Positions 12,545 through 25,021 of a stretch of DNA of 64,000 nucleotides are shown piece by piece. The position numbers and the translations under genes are program-made. Below the pieces are notes generated by a model, which saw only the letters and a list, made by a program, of their open reading frames with translations, was not told where the DNA came from and searched no databases. Each line of letters opens with the position of its first letter. Position 1 is the stretch's first letter. The DNA is from Octopus vulgaris (lineage: Eukaryota): the NCBI GenBank assembly GCA_951406725.2, contig OX597820.1, positions 41,168,001 through 41,232,000 on the forward strand, given 5' to 3'.

Positions 12545-13035
12545 AGGAAAGATATTTTGGGACAGAGATGGACATTAACCGATTAAATCGAACCAGTACA
12601 TAACTGGTACGATATTTTATCGACCTCGAAAGAATGAAAGGCAAAGAAGATCTAGACGGAATTTGAATATGTGTACACGGTTCAAAACTTATAAACACAA
12701 ATTTACACTTTATGCACACACACTCACAGTCACATGCTGATGCTTTATAGCTGATGATGTGACCGTGTGAGCGCATGCGCGTGCATGCATACATAACTTT
12801 TGGATGGCCATATTGCCGGAAGACATACACCAAAGAATGTTTTGCTGATGCTTTAACGATTCTGCCTATCCACCGTTCTATATTTATTTTTCTGATTTAA
12901 GCTCATGAAAGGCAAATTTTAGGAGGCAGGCATTTAATCGATTAAGTTGGTCATAGTTCTTGATTGGCATTATATTTTTATCGACTCCCGAGGGATCAGA
13001 GGTAAAGCTGACCTCGACGGGATATGAACTGAGAA
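12545..13035 (-). mobile_element. Cluster of degraded family A SINE fragments
   Basis: CTGGTAC..TTTTATCGACC..GAATGAAAGGCAAAG..GGAATTTGAA appears, with a more decayed second copy near 12960-13035. Confidence 0.6.
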
Positions 13036-13104
13036 AGAGCCGGAAGAGAGACAGCAAGGCCCATTATCTGAAGCTTTAACAATAAAATGATGATGATGAT
13101 GATA

Positions 13105-13148
<44 letters not shown>

Positions 13149-13322
13149 GATGATGATGATATTGATGATGACGACGACGACGACGATGGTGATGATGATG
13201 GTTTTATTATTGTTGTTTTTGGTGGCGGTGGTGATGGTGATGGTGAAAAATAAAATATGAAAGTAAACCAAAAGGCTGATGTAAATGGGAAGCAAAAGAG
13301 GAGAAAGAAAGAAAGAGAAAGG

Positions 13323-13362
<40 letters not shown>

Positions 13363-13911
13363 GAGCTAGGGAAATGATTTATAGTTTAACAAGATGGTCC
13401 AGAATGACAAATAAGTCAACAAACGGATGTAAGCATATTTTGTTCAGATCTATATTCACAGAAACACATACATATATCACGCAAAGATACACACACACAC
13501 ACGTGTGTGTTTGTGTGTGTGTGTGTGTGTGCGTACGCGTATGTATAAGCGTATGTGGTTGTGTATGCATGCATAATTGCACGTCTCTATGTACACATGT
13601 GTATCTCCATCCACGTGTTGATGCACAAATGGTATGCTTAATCATATAGAACCATACATGAAACACAAAATATACACACACACACACACACACACCCATA
13701 TACACACAACACACCCATCAGGAGCGATTACTAGTACTTAGACCAGAGCATGTAAGTTTAAAGATTAGAGTCACATAAATGAAGTAGGCAGCATATAATA
13801 TGTAATGTACGTTCTTTCCTGCAACCCCTCATAAAATCGAAAATTTTATATTAAAATCGATATATTATTTGAATTCATTTACATTGCATGCTTTGTATTC
13901 AGGCACAAAAC

Positions 13912-13952
13912 CGTACTGATGATACTTATTGAGGCAGAAACACGTGCATTCG
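13912..13952 (+). ncRNA. Degenerate minimal hammerhead ribozyme-like motif
   Basis: CTGATGA (13916-22), stem II TACTT/AGGCA (one mismatch, one wobble), GAAAC, palindromic ACGT, then GCA in place of the GUH triplet. Stem I is imperfect. Confidence 0.45.
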
Positions 13953-14270
13953 ACTGTCATCTTATTTCCAGATAATATGCCAGTCCTTTTCCTTAATGGC
14001 ATGTCTGCTCTGGAGATTATCTTCTATTTTCACTAGGCATTCTGGAGGTGGAGGTAATTTAAATAGATGAAGAATTTATGTTATATGTATTTGTACCTGT
14101 ATTTGTCTACGTTCTTTTTTCCACTCACCAAAGTGAATGGAGCTTTGGCCAGGAGGAACTGATGTCACCAGACGGTATAGAACGGTTGTTCGACCCTGAA
14201 CTGTAACATCCACCCGTTAGTGAGTCAGTAAAGGTGACCAAATTACTGCTCCTCGTCTCCCCCTGGCTTC

Positions 14271-14359
14271 CAGCTTAAAACTTCTCACTTGGTCCTTAAA
14301 AATATATATATATATATATATAAATGTATGTTATGGACCAACTGAGAGGTTTTAAGCTG
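14271..14359. repeat. 29-bp inverted repeat around a (TA)n/TATG spacer
   Basis: CAGCTTAAAACTTCTCACTTGGTCCTTAA (14271-14299) versus TTATGGACCAACTGAGAGGTTTTAAGCTG (14331-14359); 26/29 complementary. Confidence 0.9.
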
Positions 14360-14364
14360 AGAGG

Positions 14365-14616
14365 TTTTATTTGTTTCAGTCATTTGAATGCGGCCATGTA
14401 GGAACACCTTTTAGTCGAATAAACTGAGCCCAATACTTATTCTCTGTAAGCCCAGCACTTATTCCATTGGTCACCACTGTCGACCTGCTAAGTTACGAGG
14501 AGGTAAATATACCAATATCGGTTGTCAAGCGAAGGCAGGTTGACAAACACAGACATACAAATACATATACGCATACATACATACATACATACATACATAC
14601 ATACATACATACATAC

Positions 14617-14680
<64 letters not shown>

Positions 14681-14843
14681 ACGGGCTTCTTTCAGTTTCC
14701 ATCAACCAAATCCACTCACAAGGCTTTGGTCGGCCCGAAGCTATATTAGAAGACACTTACCCAAGGTGCCACACACTGTGGGACTGAACCCCAAGCCATG
14801 TGGTTGGGAAGCAAACTTCTTACCACACACCAACTCTTACACC
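14365..14843 (-). mobile_element. tRNA-derived CORE-like SINE, family B, with internal microsatellite
   Basis: Minus strand: TGTGTGGTAAGAAGTTTGCTTCCCAACCACATGG...GGCACCTTGGGTAAGTGTCTT (CORE-like)...TGGATTTGG...GAAACTGAAAGAAGCCCG...AAATGACTGAAAC. Confidence 0.85.
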
Positions 14844-14881
14844 TATATATATATATGTGTGTGTGTGTATATATACACATG

Positions 14882-14962
14882 TACATGTTATATTTTATAC
14901 ATGTTATATTTTATACATGTTATACATTTATACATGTGTATGTTTGTGTATACATGTTATAC
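14882..14962. repeat. 16-bp tandem repeat TACATGTTATATTTTA, degenerating
   Basis: TACATGTTATA recurs four times. Confidence 0.75.
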
Positions 14963-16112
14963 TTGCATATGAGTATACATGCAGTGAGTGAAGAATGATC
15001 ACGTCAGACTGAAGGAAAGACATGCATTATTAAGAGGACTAATGAGATAAAACAGGAGAGTAATTGATAGTGGGAGACAGATCTTTGCGGGGCAGAGATG
15101 CTGTGAGAAAGAAAGAAAGAAAGTAAGAAAGTAAGAGAGAGAGAGGGGAGAGAAAAAGAGAAAGACAGATTGAGAGGGAGGACAGAAACAGAGATAGAGA
15201 GACAGAGCGAGAGAGACAGAGAGACAGAGAGACACGCGCACACACATGCACAGAGAAAAAAAGGAGAGACCAAAGGTAAAAGACGGGAGAGATAAACAGA
15301 TAAACAGATAGCCAGACAGTCAGAAATATTGACAGAGAGAGAGAGAGAGAGAGGAAAGAATGTACCACAGAGGTAGAGCTAAAAAGAGAAAAAACCTAAA
15401 GAGCATAAGATCAAAGTGAGATAATAGAGGCGGGGTGTAAGGATCGGGATAGAAGTTTAAAAGGTAGGAGTAGCACGTGATATAAAAGATAGCATTGATA
15501 AGATGCTATAAAAGAGGAAAGGAAGACCTATTTTAAGCACACCCTGCTTGCCACCACCACCACCACCTGCACTGACAAACACTGGAAACACGTCCGAGAC
15601 AGACGATAATTTCGGTAGTTCCTCTCCAGCTTTCTATCTTTCTTACTATTCTTTTATATTTTTCTTCTTTGCTTGTTCATATTTATTTATTTCTTTCTTT
15701 CTTTCTTTCTTAATCTTTATCTAAAATCGTCGTCGTCCGTTTAGTATATTTCTGAGTTTGTCTGACCTTTTCTTCTAATAAAAACAAAAAAAAAAATTAA
15801 TAATAAATAAGCAAATAAAAAAAAGAAAAGAAAAATGAAGAAAGTATTTCCTACTTATTCCCCCATCATCACCCTCACCTTCCCTACCTTGACAACCTAC
15901 CCACCTCTTCACCTTCTCCCATTCATGCCCTTCATTCAGTGTTTCGCTATTTATCATGGCGCCCTCCGATTTTCTGCCACCACCACCACCATCATCATCT
16001 TCATCAACATTATCTACCTAACCTACCCTACTGAAACAACCCTTGCAAGATAATTTGTTAACACCTAAATAACTATGACCTTTCGTGGCACCTCATTAGA
16101 TTCGAAAATTTC

Positions 16113-16151
<39 letters not shown>

Positions 16152-16314
16152 CGTGTGTGTGTGTGTGTGTGTGTGCATCCATCTATCTATCTTTATGAAT
16201 ATTTATATACATATATATATTTACATAAGCGCGTGTATATGTGCGCACACACACACGCACACACATACAAACACACACACACATTAAGTGTGAGTGTGTG
16301 CATATATTTTTTGT

Positions 16315-16625
16315 TCTTTTCTTTCACACATTGGAGTGCGGTCATGAAGGGGCACCGCCGCGACTGCATTAATCGTTCAAATCAACCGCGGGTTCTTATT
16401 TTCGAATGGGCTACCATTTTTATTGGGTACGTTTTTTTTTTAAAAGAACCACCGAACCAGAACTAAAGAGATACATGTATGCACATAATACACCATCCCC
16501 CGTTTACCGAATATATTCACTAAGGATCGATTGCCTCGGGTATATAATATTAGATGCTTGCCCATGTGCCGCTTATTGGGATTAAAACTGAAACCATATA
16601 ACGTCTTTACCAATACGGTTATGTC
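16315..16625 (-). mobile_element. Degraded family B SINE
   Basis: TGCGGTCATG..GCACCGCC..; TGCTTGCCCATGTGCCGC..GGGATTAAAACTGAAACCAT. Confidence 0.55.
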
Positions 16626-16984
16626 AATGTGTGTGTGCGGGTGCCCTTGTGTGTTACTTTAACTTCTTGTTTCTATTTCCTTTCTGGCTTCTACATCTAT
16701 CTAGTCACGATTTTGTCATCCAGCCCTCAGTGATGCCTAATGTAGTTCTTTCCGTTTTACTCCAAATCAACTCTAGTCAAACAGAACGACGATCAAATTC
16801 GTTCCAGCCGTGACAATTACTTCTTTTTTGTATATGTAGGAATACTCCTAACCAGTGAGTCTGTTTTAATCAACGGTAAATAAATGTGCCTTCGCCACCA
16901 CTTTCGAAAGTAGAAGAATGTGTTGATAGAATTCGGTTGCTTTTTATGACATCCCAAAAGCCACATAAAAGCTCTTCCGATTAA

Positions 16985-17075
16985 AACGTGAATACAGCAC
17001 ACTGCCCGGTCCAGGAATCGAACTCACAACCTCACGATTGTAATCCCGACGCCCTGACAACTGAACCATGCATCC
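16985..17075 (-). mobile_element. Family C SINE head fragment
   Basis: GCCCGGTCCAGGAATCGAACTCACAACCTCACGAT is shared with 7085-7120. Confidence 0.65.
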
Positions 17076-17106
<31 letters not shown>

Positions 17107-17563
17107 TCATTTTCTTGTCATTTCGGTTAGACATTGACTCCGTTGAAGTTCTTTTTTCAATTTATCTTGTGTTTTAATGAATTAATTAATTATGTATCCT
17201 TATGGGAGTTGTAGTTGTCGTAACATTTGTTGTTGTTGTTGGCTTTACTGCAGTTGTCGGACTACTTTCAGTGAAGGTACAGAGAAAGGAGAGAGGGGAA
17301 AAGAAAGCGTGCGTGCATGTGGTTGTGTGTGTATGTGTGTGTAAACAAAAGGGAGATAATAAGAGAATGAATCGAAGTGAGTGGTAGGAAGCTAGCTATA
17401 ATCTTAATCGCACTACTGGTGACGATTATCCGCAACCAATAGGATTTACAGTGACACTTTCACTTAATCCTATTGTCCCTTAAACATTTCTTTCTCTACC
17501 TCGTCATCTCATTCGGCAACCTGTAACAATTTGCGTCATAGGACACTTCTTTTGACCGTGAAG

Positions 17564-17756
17564 GTGTTGTTGTTTAGCCCGCGGTCAGTCTTAATTGAGC
17601 TGGTTAATGATCAAAGGCATGACCATCTAGTTTATAGGTGTTAAGGAGTGGGGGGACTAATAAACCATTTCTATAATATTGAAGGTGGTAGAGCATGATT
17701 AGAAAGAGATTTAGTTGCTAGTTCTTGCAGATCGAAACATCACGTGGGAGCTCTCT
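17564..17756 (-). mobile_element. SINE-like family D
   Basis: TTGTTTAGCCC..GGTCAG..TGATCAAAGGCATGACCATC..GATTTAGTTGCTA. Confidence 0.65.
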
Positions 17757-17814
17757 ACACACTGAATTTATTGACCGCTTTGTGAAAAGTAAATGTAAGG
17801 TCAAAGTTCATTTT

Positions 17815-18140
17815 TGTGGTAAGAAGCTTGCTTCCCAACCATATGGTTCTGGGCTCAGTCACACCGCGTGGCACCTTGGGCACCTATAGCTTCGGGCCGA
17901 CTAAAGCCTTGCAAATGGATTTGGTAGACAGAAACTAAATGAAGCCTGTTATATATATCTATGTGTGCATGTGCTTGTGTCTGTGTTTGTACCCTCCACA
18001 GCTTGACAAACGGTGTTGGTGTGTTTACGTCCCCGTAACTTAGCGGTTCAGCAAAAGAGAAGATAGAACAAGTACTAGGCTTTAGAAAACACCAGCATGG
18101 TGACAGTCAAGTGACTGAAACAAGTAAAAGATAAAAGATA
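17815..18140 (+). mobile_element. Family B CORE-like SINE
   Basis: TGTGGTAAGAAGCTTGCTTCCCAACC..GGCACCTTGGGCA..GTGTTTACGTCCCCGTAACTTAGCGG..TGACTGAAACAAGTAAAAG. Confidence 0.85.
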
Positions 18141-18159
18141 TGTATGTGTGCGCGCGCGC

Positions 18160-18204
<45 letters not shown>

Positions 18205-18758
18205 TACAACAGTCTGGTGTAATCGAAACGGTTGATGCCGAATATGAGCACTACACTGAGGCGATATATGCAGGGGAAAATAATTAAAAGAGGATCAGAA
18301 AAAGAATATGGTGAGGAATTACAATTCCATAAAAAATTACTGTTAAAATGAAAGAAATTAAGGCCGTTGAGTACAAATATGTACAAGTGCTACAGTAAAC
18401 GTACGCACAAACAGATAAATATAGATATATGTCAACATACTAGATATAGAATTTGAGAAATGCTGTATAAAAAAGCTGCAGAAAGTGACTAGGAAACATT
18501 AGTAATAATTTTTTTTCAGAATTTTAAACAATTTTCACAAAGTTCTAGTTCGAAGAATATTTTAATTAATTACCGACCATAATAAATATTTTATTAATGC
18601 TATCACATTTATTATTTTGAATTTTTGTGATTCAATCAACACCTAACTAGCGTGAAGTATGTCTGAGGCATTTATGGGATAGAATGGAATATCATGAACT
18701 GCAATTAATTAAACTGAACAGTCCTTTTTACCATAGATATATTTATGACTACTGAATT

Positions 18759-18846
<88 letters not shown>

Positions 18847-19012
18847 CGTTAGCTACTACACACATTTTTTTCTCTCCTTGTCTTTTCTGTGTACCTTTCT
18901 GTAGAAGAGCGTAGGCTCGAAACGTAAAAGACTTTTTCTATTCCTGAGCGCTATACTAATACATCTGTTTGTTTGTACACCACCTGCCTTCGTCTTTTGT
19001 TTATTTTCCTGC

Positions 19013-19015
<3 letters not shown>
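18847..19015 (+). mobile_element. Short non-coding Penelope-terminus-like element with a hammerhead-like motif, inside (TA)n
   Basis: Closely similar to 55345-55500. Contains CTTT-CTGTAGA-A-GAGC-GTAG-GCTC-GAAAC-GTA-AAAG (18895-18930); (TA)n on both sides. Confidence 0.7.
18895..18930 (+). ncRNA. Minimal type I hammerhead-like motif, A6U variant
   Basis: Stem I CTTT/AAAG, core CUGUAGA (A6 replaced by U), stem II GAGC/GCTC, GAAAC-GUA. Confidence 0.55.
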
Positions 19016-19057
<42 letters not shown>

Positions 19058-19061
<4 letters not shown>

Positions 19062-19355
19062 GAGTGGCTGTGTTAAGTTTAACCAACCACATGGTTCTGG
19101 GTTCAGTCCACTGCGTGGCATCTTGGGCAAGTGTCTTCTGCTATAGCCTCGGGCCGACCAATGCCTTGTGAGTGGATTTGGTAGACGGAAACTGAAAGAA
19201 GCCTGTCGTATATATGTATATATATATATATATGTGTGTTTGTGTGTGTCTGTGTTTGTCCCCCTAGCATTGCTTGACAACCGAAGCTGGTGTGTTTACG
19301 TCCCCGTCACTTAGCGGTTCGCAAAAACAGACCGATAGAATAAGTACTTTACAAA

Positions 19356-19357
<2 letters not shown>
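19058..19357 (+). mobile_element. Family B CORE-like SINE, 3'-truncated
   Basis: CAGGAGTGGCTGTG..CATCTTGGGCAAGTGTCTTCT..GATTTGGTAGACGGAAACTGAAAGAAGCC..GATAGAATAAGTAC. Confidence 0.9.
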
Positions 19358-19398
<41 letters not shown>

Positions 19399-19759
19399 CA
19401 TACATACATACATACATACATACATACATACATACATACATACATACACATATGTATGTGTGTGTGCGCATGTATATGTATATAAGTAATAATACAAATG
19501 GGCCATTTGCGTTATTACTTACATTACCACATTCTGAACCTTTCCTGTGTTGGATCTGGAGGCTACAGTAGACTAAGGACTGCATACCAGAGTATACTAT
19601 TGTGGAATTCCATGTTTACGTTGGGTGCTTTTGGTCTACGCTTGCTATAGATATATCCATATTTGCTTTAATATGTGTCGGTATACATTGTTAATACACA
19701 GGTGCACTATCCCCGACTCTACCTTGGCGCCTTTGTTATTAAAGTACCTTTATTATATT

Positions 19760-20092
19760 AGGCAATTGTCTTCTGCTATAGCCTCGTACCGACCAAAGCC
19801 TTGTGAGTGGATTTGGCAGATGGAAACGAAAAGAACCCTGTCGTATGTATGTGTGTGTATTTGCGTGTATATGCATTTGTGTCTATTTTCCCCCTAATCA
19901 CTGCTTGACAACCGGTGTTGGTGTGTTTACGCCCCTGTAACTTAGCGGTTTGGCAAAAGAGACCAATAGAATAAATACTAGGCTTACAAAGAATAAATTC
20001 TGCGGTCGATTTCTTTCATTAAAAAAAACAACTTTTAAGGCGGCACTCCAACATGGCCGCAGTCAAATGACTGAAACCAGTAAAAGAGTAAA
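19760..20092 (+). mobile_element. Family B SINE, headless
   Basis: GGCAATTGTCTTCTGCTATAGCCTCG..CATGGCCGCAGTCAAATGACTGAAAC. Confidence 0.85.
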
Positions 20093-20094
20093 AA

Positions 20095-20126
<32 letters not shown>

Positions 20127-20199
20127 TGTGTGAAATAAAAGAAATGCCATGCTTCAACTTCTATGTCTTGATACATTCATCCGTCATAGATGGTCTATT

Positions 20200-20395
20200 T
20201 TCTGTAGCCCTATTTTTGTCTTATTCGAGCTGCCTCATTATCAAGTTTATTCCAGCAATGACCATCGCATCTTTCTGTATTTCTACGATTATATTCTGTA
20301 GAATATCCCACAGTTCTACAAACTTTAATGCGTGATTTGAAGGACAAATGCCACTAGTATTTCTTGCCGATTTCGAGCGGACCACGGAAAGACAT
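20200..20395 (-). mobile_element. Degraded family D repeat
   Basis: TTCCAGCAATGACCATC..GTGATTTGAAGGA..TATTTCT..CGAGCGGACCACG. Confidence 0.5.
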
Positions 20396-21072
20396 TCTTT
20401 ATTCTCAAGCCAAAGAAATTTTCCTATAGATGATTAGAACTCAACATTAATGTGATCGAAATGATGTGTATTTCTGTGTGTATGTGTCATGTAGTGTGGT
20501 GTAGTGTGCGTGTGTGAATTTGTGTGTGTGTATGTTTGTGCATGAAACACAACCTAAAGAAGAAACTGCCTATTTAGAGCGAAACAGAGATGTATGCATC
20601 TGAATGCTTTAATGTATGAGTTGCTTGCAAAAACTACCATTATAAATTATCAACAGATACCTACTCCATCACAGAGAGTGGTTAGCTCCACTGCTATAAG
20701 TCCGTGCTAGTTGATTCAATTGGGCAGTATACTCGACAAACTTACCAACAGCCGAAATAGCAAAGATACCCTTAGAAACCGAAATATTCTATTACATTAT
20801 ATAGATTATGAGTTTATTGTATATTGCATATGACATGCGCCTCATGTAAGCTCACATTCTGTAAACAGCCGATTGCTAAACAAATTAGGCGCTCTCTGAC
20901 ACATGCAGTAAGGCGACACACGATGATATACACATGCATAATATGTGCATAAGTCTATCACATACACATGCAATGAAAACGCATAAAAACGCATACACAC
21001 GCATACAAACGCATACACACATAGCAGTGCGTGCGTGCGAGTGTGTGCGTGCGAGTGTATGTGCGTGTGTGT

Positions 21073-21115
<43 letters not shown>

Positions 21116-21220
21116 ATGAGGGTATATGTATAGAATTATTTTGTGAAGAAGCTTATCAACAAATTGCCTCACATTTTGTCACAGACATTTACATGCACCG
21201 TCTCTCACTCACATACATGA

Positions 21221-21281
<61 letters not shown>

Positions 21282-21671
21282 AGCACACACACAAACATAC
21301 AAACACGCACACACGCACGCACACACACATATATACATACAGAGGCATCTGCTCACGCATGCTCAGAAAAGACAATGTTAGACAAAACTACGTAAATTCA
21401 TTCATAACGTACAGCAAACATAATTACATTTATCCATTAGCACAAGAAAAGTGAAATATAAAGAGAGAAAGGGTGAAGTTGCGTATATACCCCTATTCAA
21501 TCTTTCTATATAAATAAATACTTTCGACGCCAAAACAAAACAGAAACCTAAAAAGAGTCACATTGTGAAATAGACACATGTCTTGCCTAATTCCATAACT
21601 TACTACGCATGCGTACAAGTAGCATAACCACTAAGACTTATTTCTACTTTTATTGTATTTATATCTTTGAG

Positions 21672-21886
21672 ACGAGCGCACCAGAGAAAAATGTCTAGCG
21701 GTGTTTCTTCCGAGTTCAAATTCCATCGAAGTTTTCTTTACCTTTCATCTTTTCGGTCTCGCTAGAGTAATTACCAGTTAATCACTGGTACTTATTTTAT
21801 AAACGCAGTTGAGCAGTTGAGTAGATGTGATCAACTAGTCCCCACTACCCCGCAAAATATCCGGCCTTGTGCCTAAATTAGAAGCG
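21672..21886 (+). mobile_element. Degraded family A SINE
   Basis: GAGTTCAAATTCC..CCTTTCATCTTTTCGG..TACCAG..GGCCTTGTGCCTAAATTAGAA. Confidence 0.65.
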
Positions 21887-22489
21887 ACAATATTTATCTC
21901 TAATTTACGTAACGTCTAAACAACTTAAAATATTATTCCCTAGCTTTCACGTTCATCCATGTTCACACATTGCACTGTTTCTGCCGTGATACAATAGCAT
22001 GCCTGACACCCCTCCGTCTCTAACAAAATTAGTTACTTTTTATTGAAGTTATCAGGTTGCTATTTAGATCTTGTTTTTTAAATTATATATCACAGGTGTA
22101 GAGGAAAATTTTGTCTTCTAACTTCTTGTGTTGTCCCAGTTGATAGAAAAGTTTCAACTTAAATATGAGATCATTCAATATTTATTTTAAGTTTAGTATA
22201 GAAAGCGTTTCCTAATATTTTTTGCTCTGTTGTACTGTCGATGTTCATAATCAACATTACATCTGCCTGGTCTCTCTCTCTCTCTACCTCCCTCTCTCTC
22301 GTATATGTATACTTGTATGTATGTATTTATGTAAGTATGTATGTACTTATGTATATATGAATGTGAGTATGTGTGTACGTATGTATTTACGTATAAATGT
22401 ATTTATGCACACACACACATACACACACAAACAAACAAACGCACATATTCACATATTTATATAGGATAAAGGACATGAATCCTTCCCGA

Positions 22490-22705
22490 ATATTAATTCA
22501 TAGGGCCCGCCACCCGGTTTCTGTCGTGTATATTCTTGCCTGGATGGTGCACCTGTCCGTAGCAGAATTACTCATCTCTGCCAGCTAAGTGGACCGGAGC
22601 AACGTGAAATTAAGTATTTTGCACAAGATTCCGGTCCAGGAATCGAAATCACAATCTTACAATCATGAATCCAACACTCTAACCACTAAGCCACACAACT
22701 CCACC
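22490..22705 (-). mobile_element. Family C SINE
   Basis: CCGGTCCAGGAATCGAAATCACAATCTTAC..TAACCACTAAGCCAC and TTACTCAT..GCCAGCT, as in the 6905 copy. Confidence 0.8.
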
Positions 22706-22912
22706 AGTAGCTCCTATTGAAGATTTCATACGTTCCAATTGCCCTAGTCTGTATTCTCCAAACAAGTCAGTCGTCTGATCTTAAGGAGTTTTCTCTTTTG
22801 CTTCTGTATAGATTATAAATACTCATAGAGGGAATTATTGTCTATGAAACTGGTGAAAAAATCATTTAGTTTACACCTCAACTCACTATATTACGAATGT
22901 GAGTCTCTACAG

Positions 22913-23113
22913 CAGCGGTTTTCAACCAGGGTTCTGCCAGTACAGTCCAGGGGTTCCGCAAGGAGTTACAAAACTGCTAAAATCGGCAGTAATTTTTAAG
23001 TCTCCTGTGCAGATATGTATGCATAAGACTATTAAATTATTGCACAGGGGTTTCTCGAGCCAGTGGAATGTTTCCTTGGGGTTCCGCTCCAGCAAAAAGT
23101 TTGAAAAGCACAG
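22913..23113. mobile_element. hAT (Charlie-type) MITE, 201 bp
   Basis: Imperfect TIRs CAGCGGTTTTCAA / TTGAAAAGCACAG. 8-bp TSD CTCTACAG (22905-12) / CTCTCCAG (23114-21), close to the NTCTAGAN Charlie target. Internal GGGGTTCCGC motif occurs twice. Confidence 0.8.
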
Positions 23114-24604
23114 CTCTCCAGTAATACTTATAGAATGCATTGCGCCTCGATATTTTCCCCTCGGCCATTATGTTGTATTTCGTACTTTACTGAAAACCAT
23201 TACTTCAGTTACTCGATCGGTTTCTCCTTTTGATCCTTCGCATTTCTCTCAATCACTTGTCCCTCTCACCTTTCTTCAATTTCTTTCTAGCTATTTCATT
23301 CGTCCTCATTCTCACTCGCTTGCTCAGCGCACAAGAGAATGACAAATATTTGTCAGGCAACTTAACTAAACAATTAAAAACTAAACAAATTAATGAGCTA
23401 CAACTGATGACGGCAATGGTGGTTGTGGAAGCAGATTGCAACGGCTACATAATTAGCGATGGTGAATGTGAAGGTGATGGGAGGAATTTGTGGAGATATT
23501 CTTGTTCTTTAAAGTTAATCAACCCTGATAAAGCAGACCTACAAACTTACTTACATTACATATATACATACACTCATATTCATATACATGTGCACATTCA
23601 TGCATGCATACATACATACATACATACATACATACATACATACATACATACATACATACATACAGCAATACATACACACATCAATACATGCATACATACA
23701 TATATAATTATATACATATATATATATATATATATACATACATACATACATATGTACAAGCATTTATACATATACATACATGCATATACACATACACATA
23801 CATACATAGTTATATACATACATATACATATACATATACATGCATAACTACATATAAATGCACAATCACACACTCACATATAGAGACATAAACTGGGACC
23901 ACTCGCATATGGGTATGTCTGCGCGCATTTGTGTGTGTGTGTGTGTGCGCGTGTTCATACACACGCGCACGCGCGCACGCACGCACACACACTCACACAC
24001 ACACACACATATGCTCTTCTCCCTATGTTCCGCTGTCTTCTTCAAGAACAATAGACTTTCACAAATAAGTGAATGAACAAATACATAAAATATGAATGTC
24101 GATTGAAAAAGATGAAGAAGAAATGTGGAGGAAATAATTAATTAGGTCGATTTTTTTTTTTATGAGTTAGTGTCAATTAGAATATTGCCAATTATAATGT
24201 TGAGGGTATTAGAGTAGATGATGGCAAAAATGACGTTCCCCATTGGAAACACATTATGCATATATATATGTGCGCACGGGCGTACGTTCAAACACATACA
24301 TAAACTTAAATCATCATAAAAATCTCACAATCTTGAGACAGAATGTGTCATACACGCACACACACACACACAGACACATATACACACTGACACATGCACA
24401 CACGCACAAAAACACATATAGGCATATATACGCACATACATATTAACGTTTGTATACAGAAAGTAAGCGTACTCGTATGTATATCGTATATGTATAAAAA
24501 TTTATAAGTGCACGCACACACACACACACACACAAATACACACACAAATACACACACACATACTCACAAAGGGATGTTAAAACACTTATTTCAAAGTACT
24601 TTAA

Positions 24605-25021
24605 GGCGGTCAGCTGGCAGAATCGTTAGCACGCTGGACGAAATGCTTAGTGGTATTTCGCCCGTTGCTACGTTCTGAGTTCAAATTCCACCGAGGTCGA
24701 CTTTGCTTTTCATCGTTTCAGGGTCGATAGATCAAGTACCAGTTACGCACTGGGGTCGATGTAATCGACTTAATCCGTTTGTCTGTCCGTGTTTGTCCCC
24801 TCTGTGTTTAGCCCCTTGCGTTGTGGGTAATAAAGAAGTAGGTATTTCGCCCGTTGCTACGTTCTGAGCTCAAATTCCACCGAGGTCGACTTTGCTTTTC
24901 ATCGTTTCGGGGTCGATTAAATAAGTACCAGTGAAACGCTGGAGTCGAAGTAATCGGCTAGCCCCCACCACACACACACACACACACTAAATTTCAGGCC
25001 TTATGCCTATAGTAGAAAGGA
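24605..25021 (+). mobile_element. Family A tRNA-SINE, dimeric form
   Basis: Head with A/B boxes; internal 77-bp duplication at 24652-24728 and 24841-24917; outer 19-bp TSD at 24586-24604 and 25022-25040 (16/19). Confidence 0.9.
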
